Shown: one piece after another, positions 1 through 10,814 of the stretch
Layout: the number at the start of each line of letters is the position of its first letter
How positions within the stretch are numbered: the stretch's first letter is position 1
Assembly: GCA_963665295.1 (NCBI GenBank)
Contig: OY762209.1
Span: forward strand, 4,096,001-4,160,000
Source: Syntrophorhabdaceae bacterium
GTDB taxonomy: Bacteria > Desulfobacterota > Syntrophorhabdia > Syntrophorhabdales > Syntrophorhabdaceae
DNA: 64,000 nucleotides
Reading direction: 5' to 3'
Notes under the pieces: model-generated
Seen by the model: only the letters and a program-made list of their open reading frames with translations
Databases searched by the model: none
Told to the model about the DNA's origin: nothing
Program-made: the position numbers and the translations under genes

Positions 1-702
1 CCCGGCTTTCTGATGAAGCTCTTTGAGTTGGAAGTTCCTGAAGTCCAGGAAGGGATCATCAAGATTGTCGGCGCCGCGAGAGAACCGGGAGAACGGGCGA
101 AGATCTCCGTTTACAGTGAGGACACGGACGTCGATCCCATCGGCGCGTGCGTCGGGGTCAAAGGTTCGAGGGTTCAGGCGGTCGTCCAGGAGTTGAGGGG
201 AGAGAAGATCGACATCATACCATGGAGCAAGGACCCCGCCAAGTTTGTGTGCAATACCCTTGCACCTGCGAGAGTCTCGAAGGTCTATATAAATGAAGAG
301 GACCATTCCATGGAGATCATCGTCAACGATGATCAGCTTTCTCTCGCCATTGGAAAGAAAGGGCAAAACGTCAGACTCGCGTCGCGGCTGACCGGTTGGA
401 AAATAGATATCAATAGTGAATCCGAAGTGGAGATTACCTCAAGGAAGATCATAGAAGATTTGATGGCCAAATTGAAGGTGAGCGAAATTCTCGCCCGTAT
501 TCTCCACGACGAGTATCTGAGAGACCCTCAGGATCTGGCGAAGCTTACACCTGAAGAACTCAACAAGATTACCAGCATTTCCATCGAAGACTGCAAGAGG
601 ATCATAGAACAGGCGAAGCAAATCAGGGATAGGGAAAAATCGGAAAAAGCTGAGGAACGGCGCGAAGAACCGGGAGTAGACGCCGGGAACCTGCAATCGT
701 AG
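1..702 (+). CDS. nusA: Transcription termination/antitermination factor NusA (5'-truncated by window)
   Basis: KH-domain motifs [21 protein letters not shown] and [14 protein letters not shown]. The frame is open to base 1 and the gene precedes infB. Confidence 0.97.
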   Translation, partial: PGFLMKLFELEVPEVQEGIIKIVGAAREPGERAKISVYSEDTDVDPIGACVGVKGSRVQAVVQELRGEKIDIIPWSKDPAKFVCNTLAPARVSKVYINEEDHSMEIIVNDDQLSLAIGKKGQNVRLASRLTGWKIDINSESEVEITSRKIIEDLMAKLKVSEILARILHDEYLRDPQDLAKLTPEELNKITSISIEDCKRIIEQAKQIRDREKSEKAEERREEPGVDAGNLQS

Positions 703-743
703 AAATCACAAAAGAGCGGACGGGAGTTAAGAAGGATTAAAGC

Positions 744-3317
744 ATGACAAAAATTAAAATCACCACCCTCACCGATAAAATAAGCGACGACGAGATTCTC
801 TCGAAGCTGAAGGGTATTGGTGTAAAAATAAAAGACAGAGGCAAGGAAGAACCACCCCATGAGGAAGCCAGGGAAAAGGCCGCTCCCGCGGGTGAGACCC
901 TTGTGGAAAAAAGGGTGGCATCCACAATCATTCGAAGAAGGGTACAGCCCCCTCCTCCGCCCCCGCCGGTCGAAGAAAAGAAAGAAGAATTACCCGTAGA
1001 GAAGAAACCCGAGGTCCAGGAGCCTGTCAGAATAGTGGAGAGAGAGGCCGCTGTCCTGAGACATGCGGAAAAAGAACCGGCCGTAATGCCGGAGCCGGTG
1101 ACGCCGGTCGCAGAAGCAGTCGCCCCGGAACCACCGCCTCCGCAGGAAGAGGCTGTGCAGGAAGAGGCTGTCGAACAACAACAGGTACCCGTCGAAGAGG
1201 CTTCCAAGGGCGAGATAGAGCGCATCGGACAGGACAAAGAGAAAGAAATCACCAAGGTGCTTGAAGAAGCTTACAAGCAGGACCTTGAAAAGGAAGTCAC
1301 CCTCACCGACGAAACCGAGGAAGAACGGAAAAAGAAGAAGACAGAAAAGCTTCTGAAAAAGATTCAGGAAGCGGAGTTTGAAGAAACCAAAGTAAAGAAG
1401 AAAGGACTCCTCAAGAGAAAAGTCGTCGTAAAAGAGGAGGACCTTTATACATTCAGAAGAGGAAAAGGAAGACCCACCCCGGGCCGGAAAGGTAGCAGGC
1501 TCGATGAAAGAAGGGCTGAAGAAGAAAGAAGGCTTGAGTCAAGGCCGCCCCGGAAAACCATCAAGGTCGGCGATGAAATCCAGGTAAGCGAACTTGCGAA
1601 GAGAATGGGCGTGAAAGCCCAGGACATTACCGCAAAGCTTCTGCCTTTGGGTATTCTCATACCGATAAACCAGAATATAGATTATGACACCGCGTATCTC
1701 GTGAGCACCGAGTTGGGCTTCGACGTGGAGAAGATAGTTTCCATTGAAGAAGAGTTCCTTGCCCTCGAAGAAGAGCAGAAAGAGAGCAGCAGCAGACACC
1801 TGAAGCCGAGATCACCGGTAGTGACCATCATGGGCCACGTCGATCACGGCAAGACACTGCTCCTCGACACTGTCCGCCATACCAACGTGGCAGAGAAGGA
1901 AGCGGGAGGGATCACACAGCACATAGGGGCTTACGTGGTCAATGTGGAAGGAAAGGAGATCGTCTTCGTGGACACGCCGGGTCATGAGGCCTTTACGGCA
2001 ATGAGAGCTCGCGGCGCCCGCGTCACCGATATAGTCGTCCTCGTGGTTGCAGCCGATGATGGTGTCATGCCCCAGACGATTGAAGCCATAAACCATGCCA
2101 AAGCGGCAAACGTGCCCATTATTGTAGCCATCAACAAGATAGACAGGCCGAATGCGAATCCCGACAAGGTCCTGAAGGAACTCGCCGAGTTCGGGCTGGT
2201 CCCCGAGGATTGGGGCGGCACCACGCTTTTCGCGAAGATTTCGGCAAAAAAGAATATCGGCATAAAAGAACTGCTCGAACTGATCGCCTTGCAGGCGGAG
2301 ATGCTCGAACTTAAGGCAGACCCGGATCAACTCGCAAAGGGTATTATTATAGAATCGGAACTCGACAAAGGTCAGGGACCTGTAGGAACGGTTATCATCC
2401 AGGAGGGTACCCTCAAGATAGGAGACCCCTTCATCGCGGGAAGCATGTTCGGGAGAGTACGCGCCATGATAGACGACAAAGGCAAAAGGATACAGAAGGC
2501 CCCGCCTTCCGCCCCTGTGCTTGTCGTGGGATTTCAGGACGTACCTCACGGAGGCGACCGTTTTATTGTAACAACGGAAGAAAGATATGCGAGAGAACTG
2601 TCCAAGTACCGCCAGGAAAGGTTGAAGGAAAAGGAGATTCTGAAAAACTCCCGCACTACTCTCGAAGAGCTCTATTCCAAGATGAACGAGACCGGAAGGG
2701 TCACCCTCAACGTAATCGTGAAGGGCGACGTGAGAGGAACGATCGATGCCATAGTGGAAGCCCTTAGAAAGCTCTCTAATGATCAGGTTGAGATTCAGAT
2801 AATACATAGCGGCGTGGGAGCCATCACGGAGACGGACGTAAACCTCGCCATGGCGTCGGGTGCGATTATCATCGGCTTCAACACAAGGCCGGTCGGCAAG
2901 GCGCAGGCCCTCGCCGAGCACGAAAAGATTGATATCAGGACTTATTCGATCATATACGAACTCATCGATGAGATAAAGAAAGCCATGGAGGGCATGCTGG
3001 CGCCCAAGATAGTCGAGACGGACATCGGCAAAGCGGAGATCCGGAAGGTCTTTTCCGTTTCAAGGATAGGGACCATCGGCGGATGCTATATGCTCGAAGG
3101 CAAAGCCACGAGAAACGCCATAGTAAAAGTGACAAGGGGCAACAATGTGCTCTTCACCGGCAAACTCGCATCCCTTAAGAGGTTCAAGGACGACGTGAAA
3201 GAGGTTCTCGCCGGTTATGAATGTGGAATATCGGTAGAAGGTTACAACGATATTAAAGAAGGGGACATTCTGGTGTTCTCCATTCAGGAAAAAGAGAAGC
3301 AGACCCTTGATGGTTGA
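744..3317 (+). CDS. infB: Translation initiation factor IF-2
   Basis: [16 protein letters not shown] and NKID GTPase motifs; C-terminal [16 protein letters not shown]. Confidence 0.99.
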   Translation: MTKIKITTLTDKISDDEILSKLKGIGVKIKDRGKEEPPHEEAREKAAPAGETLVEKRVASTIIRRRVQPPPPPPPVEEKKEELPVEKKPEVQEPVRIVEREAAVLRHAEKEPAVMPEPVTPVAEAVAPEPPPPQEEAVQEEAVEQQQVPVEEASKGEIERIGQDKEKEITKVLEEAYKQDLEKEVTLTDETEEERKKKKTEKLLKKIQEAEFEETKVKKKGLLKRKVVVKEEDLYTFRRGKGRPTPGRKGSRLDERRAEEERRLESRPPRKTIKVGDEIQVSELAKRMGVKAQDITAKLLPLGILIPINQNIDYDTAYLVSTELGFDVEKIVSIEEEFLALEEEQKESSSRHLKPRSPVVTIMGHVDHGKTLLLDTVRHTNVAEKEAGGITQHIGAYVVNVEGKEIVFVDTPGHEAFTAMRARGARVTDIVVLVVAADDGVMPQTIEAINHAKAANVPIIVAINKIDRPNANPDKVLKELAEFGLVPEDWGGTTLFAKISAKKNIGIKELLELIALQAEMLELKADPDQLAKGIIIESELDKGQGPVGTVIIQEGTLKIGDPFIAGSMFGRVRAMIDDKGKRIQKAPPSAPVLVVGFQDVPHGGDRFIVTTEERYARELSKYRQERLKEKEILKNSRTTLEELYSKMNETGRVTLNVIVKGDVRGTIDAIVEALRKLSNDQVEIQIIHSGVGAITETDVNLAMASGAIIIGFNTRPVGKAQALAEHEKIDIRTYSIIYELIDEIKKAMEGMLAPKIVETDIGKAEIRKVFSVSRIGTIGGCYMLEGKATRNAIVKVTRGNNVLFTGKLASLKRFKDDVKEVLAGYECGISVEGYNDIKEGDILVFSIQEKEKQTLDG
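1142..1171 (+). repeat. Exact 15-bp tandem repeat (GCAGGAAGAGGCTGT x2) in the infB N-terminal linker
   Basis: Read directly from the sequence; encodes [10 protein letters not shown]. Confidence 0.9.
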
Positions 3318-3322
3318 GGAGC

Positions 3323-3610
3323 ATGATTGTCGGTGTTTCAACCATAGAAATATTCTTTTCCGAAAGCCACTCTCTCAAAGATAAAAGGCAAACGACAAGA
3401 AAGATAGTGGAGAAGATAAGGACGAAGTTTAATATATCCGTCATGGAAGTGGAACAGACGAACCTCTGGCAGAGAGCCCACGTCGCGTTCGCAATCGTGG
3501 GGGTAAAGAAGGACCACGTGGAGGCCGGAATCGAGAGCATCCACAAATACGTGGAATCCCTGTATGTTGGTGAAATTATTGACACCAAAACAGATATTAT
3601 AGTGATGTGA
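3323..3610 (+). CDS. DUF503 (YlxP) family protein
   Basis: SHSLKDKR...KFNISVMEV...LWQRA pattern and conserved position between infB and rbfA. The start could be TTG 3314. Confidence 0.88.
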   Translation: MIVGVSTIEIFFSESHSLKDKRQTTRKIVEKIRTKFNISVMEVEQTNLWQRAHVAFAIVGVKKDHVEAGIESIHKYVESLYVGEIIDTKTDIIVM

Positions 3611-3616
3611 GAGACA

Positions 3617-3967
3617 ATGAAGTATAGAAAATTAAGGGTTCAAGACCTTCTGAGAGAGGAAATTTCTTCCATAATCCAACGGGACATCAAGGATCCGGGT
3701 ATCGGCTTCGTCACCATACTTGAGGTCAAAATGACCGACGATCTGAAGATAGCAAAAGTGTACTGCACCATCTACGGCGATGACGAGACAAAAACGAAGA
3801 CCCTGAAAGCCCTCAAGAGGTCCAAGGGATATGTAAGGTTTCTCATCGGAAAGCGTATAAATCTCCGGTACACGCCGGAAATCGTCTTCGTCCTCGATAC
3901 CGCTTACGAAACCGCTATGAAGATAGAGGAAATTTTGCACAAGGAATCTCATGCTGACGAAGATTAA
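3617..3967 (+). CDS. rbfA: Ribosome-binding factor A
   Basis: IKDPGIGFVTI..V..T.DLKIAKVY and LRYTPEI.F..D motifs; synteny. Confidence 0.96.
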   Translation: MKYRKLRVQDLLREEISSIIQRDIKDPGIGFVTILEVKMTDDLKIAKVYCTIYGDDETKTKTLKALKRSKGYVRFLIGKRINLRYTPEIVFVLDTAYETAMKIEEILHKESHADED

Positions 3968-4895
3968 AGAAGTCATCGACAGGGGTGACCGCTTCTTGAT
4001 AACGAGCCATATAGATCCTGACGGAGATGCGATAGGTTCCGCCTTTTCCATGTACTGGGCCCTCGATTCCCTCAAAAAACATCCATTGGTCTATCTCAGG
4101 GACAAGGTACCCTCCAGATACGAGTTTCTTCCCCGGCCGACCCATCTCACCAACGCGTTCCCCCACGAATCGTTCGACGCGATCTTTGTCCTTGATTGCG
4201 GCAATTTGTTCCGCGTCGGCGAGGGCTACGAGCAACTGAAGGACATGGGATATCTCATAAACATCGACCACCACAAAACCAATGAGACCTTCGGACTTAT
4301 AAACATGATAGATCCGGATGCTTCATGCACCGCGGAGTTACTTTATTTTCTCTATGAGCACCTCCATGTCCCCATGTCTCTCGACATGGCCCTCAATATA
4401 TACACCGGTATACTGACCGACACCGGCTCTTTCCGGTTTGGGAATGCGAACTCCAGTGCTTTCTTTATTTCCGGGAAAATGCTGCAGGCGGGGGTAAAAC
4501 CCGCGTATGTATCTCAAATGGTGTACAACAACCACCCCAAGGAACGGTTTAAGCTCCTCGGTCTTGTTCTCTCGGGCCTCGAAGCCTTTGATAACGATAA
4601 GATTGTAATGACCCACGTCACAAACGATATGTTTGAGGAGGCCGGCGCCTCAAAAGAGGACACCGACGGTTTTGTAGAGTACATAAAAGAGATAAGAGGC
4701 GTGGAAGCAGCTCTTCTCTTAAGGCAGGTCCCCGGGGGCTACAAGGTCAGTATGAGGTCAAGGGGAACAATGGATGTCTCCCATATCTGCGCCCTTTTCG
4801 GCGGCGGAGGGCATAGGAATGCCGCCGGGTGTACCATCGAGGGCAACCTCGGGCAAGTGGAAAATAGATTAAAGGAGGCATTGAAGGTCCAGTGA
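3951..4895 (+). CDS. nrnA: DHH/DHHA1 oligoribonuclease / pAp phosphatase NrnA
   Basis: HIDPDGDAIGS, NIDHH, TDTGSF and GGGGHRNAAG motifs. Confidence 0.92.
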   Translation: MLTKIKEVIDRGDRFLITSHIDPDGDAIGSAFSMYWALDSLKKHPLVYLRDKVPSRYEFLPRPTHLTNAFPHESFDAIFVLDCGNLFRVGEGYEQLKDMGYLINIDHHKTNETFGLINMIDPDASCTAELLYFLYEHLHVPMSLDMALNIYTGILTDTGSFRFGNANSSAFFISGKMLQAGVKPAYVSQMVYNNHPKERFKLLGLVLSGLEAFDNDKIVMTHVTNDMFEEAGASKEDTDGFVEYIKEIRGVEAALLLRQVPGGYKVSMRSRGTMDVSHICALFGGGGHRNAAGCTIEGNLGQVENRLKEALKVQ

Positions 4896-5776
4896 ACGGC
4901 TTTCTCATCATAGATAAAGACTCCGGCATTTCCTCTTATGACGTCATCCGGAAACTCAAGAGGATACGTCAATTCAAGAAAATAGGTTACATCGGCACCC
5001 TCGACCGCAATGCAACGGGCATACTCCCTGTTGCGCTGAACGAGGCGGTCAAGCTGATTCCGTTCCTCGAGAACGGGCAGAAGGCTTACAGGGCCACCAT
5101 TCTCCTCGGTACCACCACAGACACACTGGACATAGAGGGCAAGGTCCTCTCCACTGTCGAGACTGACCCCTTTGATACGGCCATACTTAAGGACCTGCTC
5201 AAGAAGTTCGAGGGAAAGATAACACAACAGATCCCCGTCTACTCCTCCAAGAAGGTCAACAAAAAACCTTTGTACAAATGGGCGAGAGAAGGTGTCGCCA
5301 TCGAACCGCCAACCAAGGAAGTGGAGATTTTCGGCATAGACTTTCTCGAGTATAAACATCCCTACCTTACCATAGACGTAGCGTGCTCAAAAGGTACTTA
5401 TATCAGGGCCTTAGCCCAGGATTTCGGCGCCGGCCTCGGGTGCGGAGCAACCCTTTATGCGCTGAAAAGAACCAAACATGGCGAGTTTACTGAGGATATG
5501 TGCATAAGCCTCAAAGATATAAATGTTGAACAAGATCTGGTAAACGGTTTAATATCATTGGAAAATGTGTTAAAATACTTAAAAGAGACCGTAGTTGAGG
5601 CTCCTTTGGAGAAATTTCTGAAGCAGGGTATGCCCGTTCCGCTCCTGGGCAACTCAAAGGAATGGATGCACGGCGAAACAACCAGGCTTTTCAGCAAGAA
5701 AGGGGTCCTTATTGGAATAGGGACGGCAGATACGTTATCAAAGACGATCAAGATAAAGAGATTAATTAATAATTAA
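4892..5776 (+). CDS. truB: tRNA pseudouridine(55) synthase
   Basis: GTLD with catalytic Asp, [19 protein letters not shown]; synteny. Motif II is atypical (see findings). Confidence 0.94.
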   Translation: MNGFLIIDKDSGISSYDVIRKLKRIRQFKKIGYIGTLDRNATGILPVALNEAVKLIPFLENGQKAYRATILLGTTTDTLDIEGKVLSTVETDPFDTAILKDLLKKFEGKITQQIPVYSSKKVNKKPLYKWAREGVAIEPPTKEVEIFGIDFLEYKHPYLTIDVACSKGTYIRALAQDFGAGLGCGATLYALKRTKHGEFTEDMCISLKDINVEQDLVNGLISLENVLKYLKETVVEAPLEKFLKQGMPVPLLGNSKEWMHGETTRLFSKKGVLIGIGTADTLSKTIKIKRLINN

Positions 5777-5786
5777 GGAGGATTAC

Positions 5787-6056
5787 ATGTCACTTACCCC
5801 TGGACACAAACAAGCCATTATAGAGGGTTATAAAATCCACGAGAAAGATACTGGCTCTCCGGAGGTTCAGATTGCGCTTCTTACCGAGCGGATCAAGGGT
5901 CTCACCGAACATTTTAAAAAATTCTCTAAAGACCACAATTCAAGGAGAGGTCTCCTTGTGCTGGTGGGCAGCAGGAGAAGGCTTCTCAACTACCTCAAGG
6001 CCAAGAACGTAGATCGGTACAAGAAGGTTATTGAGAGACTGGGCTTAAGAAAATAA
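5787..6056 (+). CDS. rpsO: 30S ribosomal protein S15
   Basis: [37 protein letters not shown]. Confidence 0.99.
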   Translation: MSLTPGHKQAIIEGYKIHEKDTGSPEVQIALLTERIKGLTEHFKKFSKDHNSRRGLLVLVGSRRRLLNYLKAKNVDRYKKVIERLGLRK

Positions 6057-6083
6057 ACCCCATAGAGGACAGAAAGGAAAACT

Positions 6084-8165
6084 ATGAAAGAAAGCATTAC
6101 GATTGATTATGCTGGAAGACCATTAACAATAACTACAGGAGAAATGGCCAAACAAGCGGGAGGCAGCGTAGTCATACAGTACGCCGACACAGTCGTGCTC
6201 GTGACTGCAGCCGCCCGGAAAGAGGCATCCGACAGGGATTTTCTTCCCCTTACGGTAAACTACCAGGAAATGTCCTATGCAGCGGGAAATATCCCCGGAG
6301 GATTCTTTAAACGGGAAGGCAGACCTTCCACCAACGAGATACTCACGTCCCGTCTCATTGACAGGCCCATTCGTCCCCTCTTCCACAAAGGTTTTAGAAA
6401 TGAAACCCAGGTTATCGCGACGGTACTGTCCGCAGATCAGGAGTGCGATCCTGCCGTGCTCGGCATCATAGGCGCCTCATGTGCGCTGACTATCTCGCAG
6501 ATACCCTTTGACGGCCCCCTGGCAGGAGTCAAGATAGGCAGGAAAGACGGCATATTCATCGTGAACCCCACCACCGAGGAGATGGCGGACAGCGATATGG
6601 ATATCGTGGTCACCGGCACGAGAGATGCCATCATGATGGTTGAGGGCGGCGCGAAGTTCGTGAGTGACAGCGACCTCATCGAGGCCATCCATTTCGGCCA
6701 ACAGCAACTGCTGCCGTTGATTGAGATCCAGGAACAACTCCTGGCCAAGGTGGGCGCGAAGAAAAAATGGACCGTCGAGGTCCACGAGGCCCCTGAAGGG
6801 TTCAAGGAAAGCCTGAGGACCAAAATAGAAAAAGACCTTATCGATACGTTCGCCATAGGGCCGAAACTCGAGAGAGGCGACCGGCAGGCCGAACTGTTCG
6901 ATTCCATCGTAAAAGACTACCCGGATATGCAAGCATCCCTGCTGTCCAAGGTTTATGAGGACATCACAAGGGACGTCCTGAGGGAACAGCTTTTTGCAAC
7001 CGGCAAGAGAATTGACGGTCGGTCTCCCGACGGCATCAGGAATATTACCTGCAAGGTAGGATTGCTTCCCAGAACACATGGTTCCGCCCTCTTCACGAGA
7101 GGCGAGACCCAGGCGCTGGCCATCACTACCTTCGGAACATCCGATGACGAACAGAAGGTCGAATCCCTCCTCGAAGGGGAGATATTCAAGACTTTCATGC
7201 TTCACTATAACTTTCCGCCCTTCTCCGTCGGCGAAGTATCGATGCTGCGAGGCCCAACGCGTCGTGAAATAGGACACGGAAACCTTGCAGAAAGGGCGCT
7301 TACCCGAATCCTCCCCTCTAAAGAGGACTTTCCCTATACCATAAGGATCGTGTCGGAGATACTTGAATCAAACGGTTCGTCATCCATGGCCACCGTGTGC
7401 GGTGGATGCCTGTCCCTCATGGACGCAGGGGTACCGATAAAGGAGCCTGTCGCCGGTATCGCCATGGGTCTCGTCAAAGAAGGGGACAAGGAGATAGTTC
7501 TTTCAGACATCCTTGGAGACGAAGATCATTTAGGTGACATGGATTTCAAGATCGCCGGTACACGGGAAGGTATAACCGCCATCCAGATGGACATCAAGAT
7601 CAAAGGGATCACAAAAGAGACCATGTGGAAAGCCATTGTCCAGGGCAAGGAAGGCATCACAAAAATCCTGGGTATTATGGCGGAAACATTAGGTACGTAC
7701 AGAGACACTCTTTCTCCGTACGCTCCGAGGATATACACCATCATGATCAAACCTGACCGGATCAGAGACGTCATAGGTCCGGGCGGCAAAGTCATCAAGA
7801 GTATCGTCGAACAGACGGGAGTCAAGATCGACATAGAAGACTCAGGCGTGGTGAAGATCGCTTCTCAGGACGAGGAGTCGGCGAACCAGGCTATCGAAAT
7901 CATCAAAGGCCTCACAAAGGAGGTCGCAGTTGGCGAGATATATCTTGGAAAGGTGAAGAAAGTCATCGATTCCGGCGCAATAGTTGAACTGCTCCACGGT
8001 ATCGATGGTTTTGTTCATATCAGCCAGTTGGCTGACGGTTACGTAAAGAAGGCGTCCGATGTGGTCAAGGAGCGCGAAGAGATGCTCGTAAAAGTCATCG
8101 ACGTCGAGCCTAACGGAAGAATCAAGCTCTCAAGAAAAGCCGTTCTCAAGGAACAGAAGGAATAA
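6084..8165 (+). CDS. pnp: Polyribonucleotide nucleotidyltransferase (PNPase)
   Basis: IPGGFFKREG, SRLIDRPIRP, ESNGSSSMA, EDHLGDMDFK; KH (VIGPGGK) and S1 domains. Confidence 0.99.
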   Translation: MKESITIDYAGRPLTITTGEMAKQAGGSVVIQYADTVVLVTAAARKEASDRDFLPLTVNYQEMSYAAGNIPGGFFKREGRPSTNEILTSRLIDRPIRPLFHKGFRNETQVIATVLSADQECDPAVLGIIGASCALTISQIPFDGPLAGVKIGRKDGIFIVNPTTEEMADSDMDIVVTGTRDAIMMVEGGAKFVSDSDLIEAIHFGQQQLLPLIEIQEQLLAKVGAKKKWTVEVHEAPEGFKESLRTKIEKDLIDTFAIGPKLERGDRQAELFDSIVKDYPDMQASLLSKVYEDITRDVLREQLFATGKRIDGRSPDGIRNITCKVGLLPRTHGSALFTRGETQALAITTFGTSDDEQKVESLLEGEIFKTFMLHYNFPPFSVGEVSMLRGPTRREIGHGNLAERALTRILPSKEDFPYTIRIVSEILESNGSSSMATVCGGCLSLMDAGVPIKEPVAGIAMGLVKEGDKEIVLSDILGDEDHLGDMDFKIAGTREGITAIQMDIKIKGITKETMWKAIVQGKEGITKILGIMAETLGTYRDTLSPYAPRIYTIMIKPDRIRDVIGPGGKVIKSIVEQTGVKIDIEDSGVVKIASQDEESANQAIEIIKGLTKEVAVGEIYLGKVKKVIDSGAIVELLHGIDGFVHISQLADGYVKKASDVVKEREEMLVKVIDVEPNGRIKLSRKAVLKEQKE

Positions 8166-8175
8166 CCGGAGGTAA

Positions 8176-9432
8176 ATGTACAGAAAGACGGTCCTTCCAA
8201 ATGATATCACGGTAGTAACCGAGTCGATTTCCTATTTCCCTACCGTTTCGATAGGGATTTGGTGGAAGACCGGCGGCAGGTTCGAAGACGAGGCGAACAA
8301 CGGCATTTCCCATTTCCTCGAACACATGTTGTTCAAGGGGACGTCTCGCCGGTCCGCCTACGACATCGCTCGCGAGATCGACGCCGTAGGCGGAACGCTC
8401 AATGCCTTCACAGGCAAAGAGTCCACATGTCTCTATGCGAGGGTATTGAAAAAAGACATGGATATTGCTCTCGACATACTCGCCGATATGTGCAAACAAT
8501 CCGTATTTGACGAGGACGACATAGAGAAAGAAAAGTACGTCGTCGTACAGGAAATAAAGATGATCGACGACAACCCCGAGGAATACGTATACGACCTCTT
8601 TAACGCCACCTATTTCTCGGGACACCCCCTCGGTATGTCGATTCTCGGCACACAGAAAAATGTGGAAGCTTTCACCAAGAAAAAACTGACAAGTCATTTC
8701 AAAAGGTATTACAGCCCTCAGAATGTGGTCATTACCGCGACAGGAAGGATCGACCACGACGTCTTCGTGAAGAAGATAGAGGCACTCTTCAGTATAACCA
8801 GGCCCAATGTCCCGACGGCGGTCATCGAAAAGCCTGAACCCCACGCAGGGGTTCATTTTTACGAGAAGGACCTCGAACACGCCTATCTGTGCATAGGCAC
8901 CCGGGGCGTAAGCCAGGTCGATGAAAAACGCTATCCCCTGTACGTGCTCAACGCACTTCTGGGGGGGAGCATGAGTTCCCACCTATTCCAGGAGATCCGT
9001 GAAAAACGCGGACTCGTGTACAATATATACTCTTACGTCAATTGCTACCACGATACGGGTACATTCGGCATTTCCACATCCACATCCCGCGAGTCCGTCG
9101 AGGAAGTTATTACCCTCATCAAGAAGGAAATCATGCGGGTCAGGGATACAGGCATCACCGATGCCGAACTCGCCTTCTCGAAGAAACACATTAAAGGCAA
9201 TCTTTTCATCTCTCTTGAAAGTTCCGAGTCAAGAATGGGGAGACTTGCCAAGAATGAGCTTTATTTCGGTACCTACGTCCCTCTCAAAGAGACCTTACAT
9301 TCCATAGACCGTATCCGCAAATCGGATGTGAATGAAATGGGCCGCTTCATTTTCGGCGATCCCGATCACCTTTCCCTCACGGTCCTTGGGAATGTCGACA
9401 AGAAAACTGTCAAACACGCATGGAAGAGCTAG
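8176..9432 (+). CDS. M16 family (pitrilysin-like) zinc peptidase
   Basis: Inverted zinc motif [28 protein letters not shown]. Confidence 0.94.
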   Translation: MYRKTVLPNDITVVTESISYFPTVSIGIWWKTGGRFEDEANNGISHFLEHMLFKGTSRRSAYDIAREIDAVGGTLNAFTGKESTCLYARVLKKDMDIALDILADMCKQSVFDEDDIEKEKYVVVQEIKMIDDNPEEYVYDLFNATYFSGHPLGMSILGTQKNVEAFTKKKLTSHFKRYYSPQNVVITATGRIDHDVFVKKIEALFSITRPNVPTAVIEKPEPHAGVHFYEKDLEHAYLCIGTRGVSQVDEKRYPLYVLNALLGGSMSSHLFQEIREKRGLVYNIYSYVNCYHDTGTFGISTSTSRESVEEVITLIKKEIMRVRDTGITDAELAFSKKHIKGNLFISLESSESRMGRLAKNELYFGTYVPLKETLHSIDRIRKSDVNEMGRFIFGDPDHLSLTVLGNVDKKTVKHAWKS

Positions 9433-9860
9433 AAGTCCTCATCTCCATGGCAGACGGGGCACGACTGCCCGAGTATGCAACCCGTGCGTCGTCGGGCATG
9501 GACCTGTGCGCACTCATCGATCAACCTGTCATCCTCCTGCCTCTGGAGCGCACCCTCATACCTACGGGCATCTTCCTCAGTATCCCTGAGGGCCGCGAGG
9601 CTCAGATACGGCCACGGAGCGGACTTGCCCACAAGTTCGGGGTCACCGTGGTGAATGCCCCGGGGACTATAGACGCGGACTACAGGGGCGAAATCAAAGT
9701 GCTCCTCATCAATCTCGGCAGTGAACCTTTCACCGTAAATAACGGAGACAGAATCGCCCAGATGGTTTTCGGGGGTATAGCCAGGGCCCGTTGGAGGACT
9801 GCCAGTGCATTACCCGAAACTCAAAGGGGCGAAGGCGGTTTTGGTTCCACAGGTATTTGA
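9420..9860 (+). CDS. dut: dUTP diphosphatase
   Basis: [38 protein letters not shown]. Confidence 0.97.
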   Translation: MEELEVLISMADGARLPEYATRASSGMDLCALIDQPVILLPLERTLIPTGIFLSIPEGREAQIRPRSGLAHKFGVTVVNAPGTIDADYRGEIKVLLINLGSEPFTVNNGDRIAQMVFGGIARARWRTASALPETQRGEGGFGSTGI

Positions 9861-10814
9861 ATGAATCTATACCAGTGCCTTGACAATTTTATCAGCTATC
9901 TCACTGCGGAAAGAGGCGCTTCCGTACACACCGTCGATGCATACAACAGAGATGTTCTCGCTTTCATAAGATATGCCCTGCCCTCCTCCGAAGAAGGCCC
10001 TCATGCCGCGCAAGGAGGCGTTTCCAACGGCAGAAAGAAGCCCTCCTCGTCTCCGGAACGGACATCCCCTCAGGGGGTGGACGCATCCCTGGTTACGAGG
10101 CAAAATATCGAGGCCTACATTGGACATCTGAGACAGGAGGGCAAGAAGACGAGAAGTATTGTGAGGGCCATTTCAGCTCTCAGAAGCTTTTTCGGCTTTC
10201 TCATCACCGACGGCTCCGTGATCAAGAACCCCCTTGAAGAAGTGGAGATCCCGAAATTCACCATGCCCATCCCGGAAGTCCTGAGTGAGCAGGAAGTGCT
10301 GGAACTGCTCAATCTCCCCACGGGAGCGCGCACATCGGTGCGGGACAGGACCATCCTCGAACTTCTGTATGCCACCGGGTTGAGAGTCTCCGAACTTATC
10401 AAATTGAAGAAGAGCGATGTCAACCTCGACGCGGGATTCCTCGTCGCTTCAGGAAAGAGGTCTAAAGAACGCATTGTCCCGTTGGGGTCCTATTCCCGGG
10501 AAGCGATCAAATCCTACCTTCAGGAGGAGGAACCGAAAGGTGCTCACCTGTTTCCGAACAGGCGCGGAGGGATGCTCACCCGGCAGGCTATCTGGAAAAT
10601 CATAAGAAAGTACGGGCTCCAGATGGATAAAGACCATATCTCCCCCCACACCATGCGACATACTTTCGCCACTCACCTTCTCGAAGGAGGAGCCGACCTC
10701 CGTTCGGTCCAGATCCTCCTGGGCCATGAAGATATCTCCACGACCCAGATATACACCCACGTGGACAGTAAGAGGCTAAAGGAAGTACACAAAAAATATC
10801 ATCCCAGGGGCTAA
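9861..10814 (+). CDS. xerD: Site-specific tyrosine recombinase XerD
   Basis: YATGLRVSEL, SPHTMRHTFATHLL.GGADLR.VQ.LLGH..ISTTQIYTHV, HPRG end; carries a ~30-aa N-terminal insertion. Confidence 0.92.
   Translation: MNLYQCLDNFISYLTAERGASVHTVDAYNRDVLAFIRYALPSSEEGPHAAQGGVSNGRKKPSSSPERTSPQGVDASLVTRQNIEAYIGHLRQEGKKTRSIVRAISALRSFFGFLITDGSVIKNPLEEVEIPKFTMPIPEVLSEQEVLELLNLPTGARTSVRDRTILELLYATGLRVSELIKLKKSDVNLDAGFLVASGKRSKERIVPLGSYSREAIKSYLQEEEPKGAHLFPNRRGGMLTRQAIWKIIRKYGLQMDKDHISPHTMRHTFATHLLEGGADLRSVQILLGHEDISTTQIYTHVDSKRLKEVHKKYHPRG

Noticed and set aside
9861..10814. Tyrosine recombinase as a sign of a prophage or integrative element
   Set aside because: It has XerD-specific motifs and housekeeping synteny, with no att repeats or mobile cargo.
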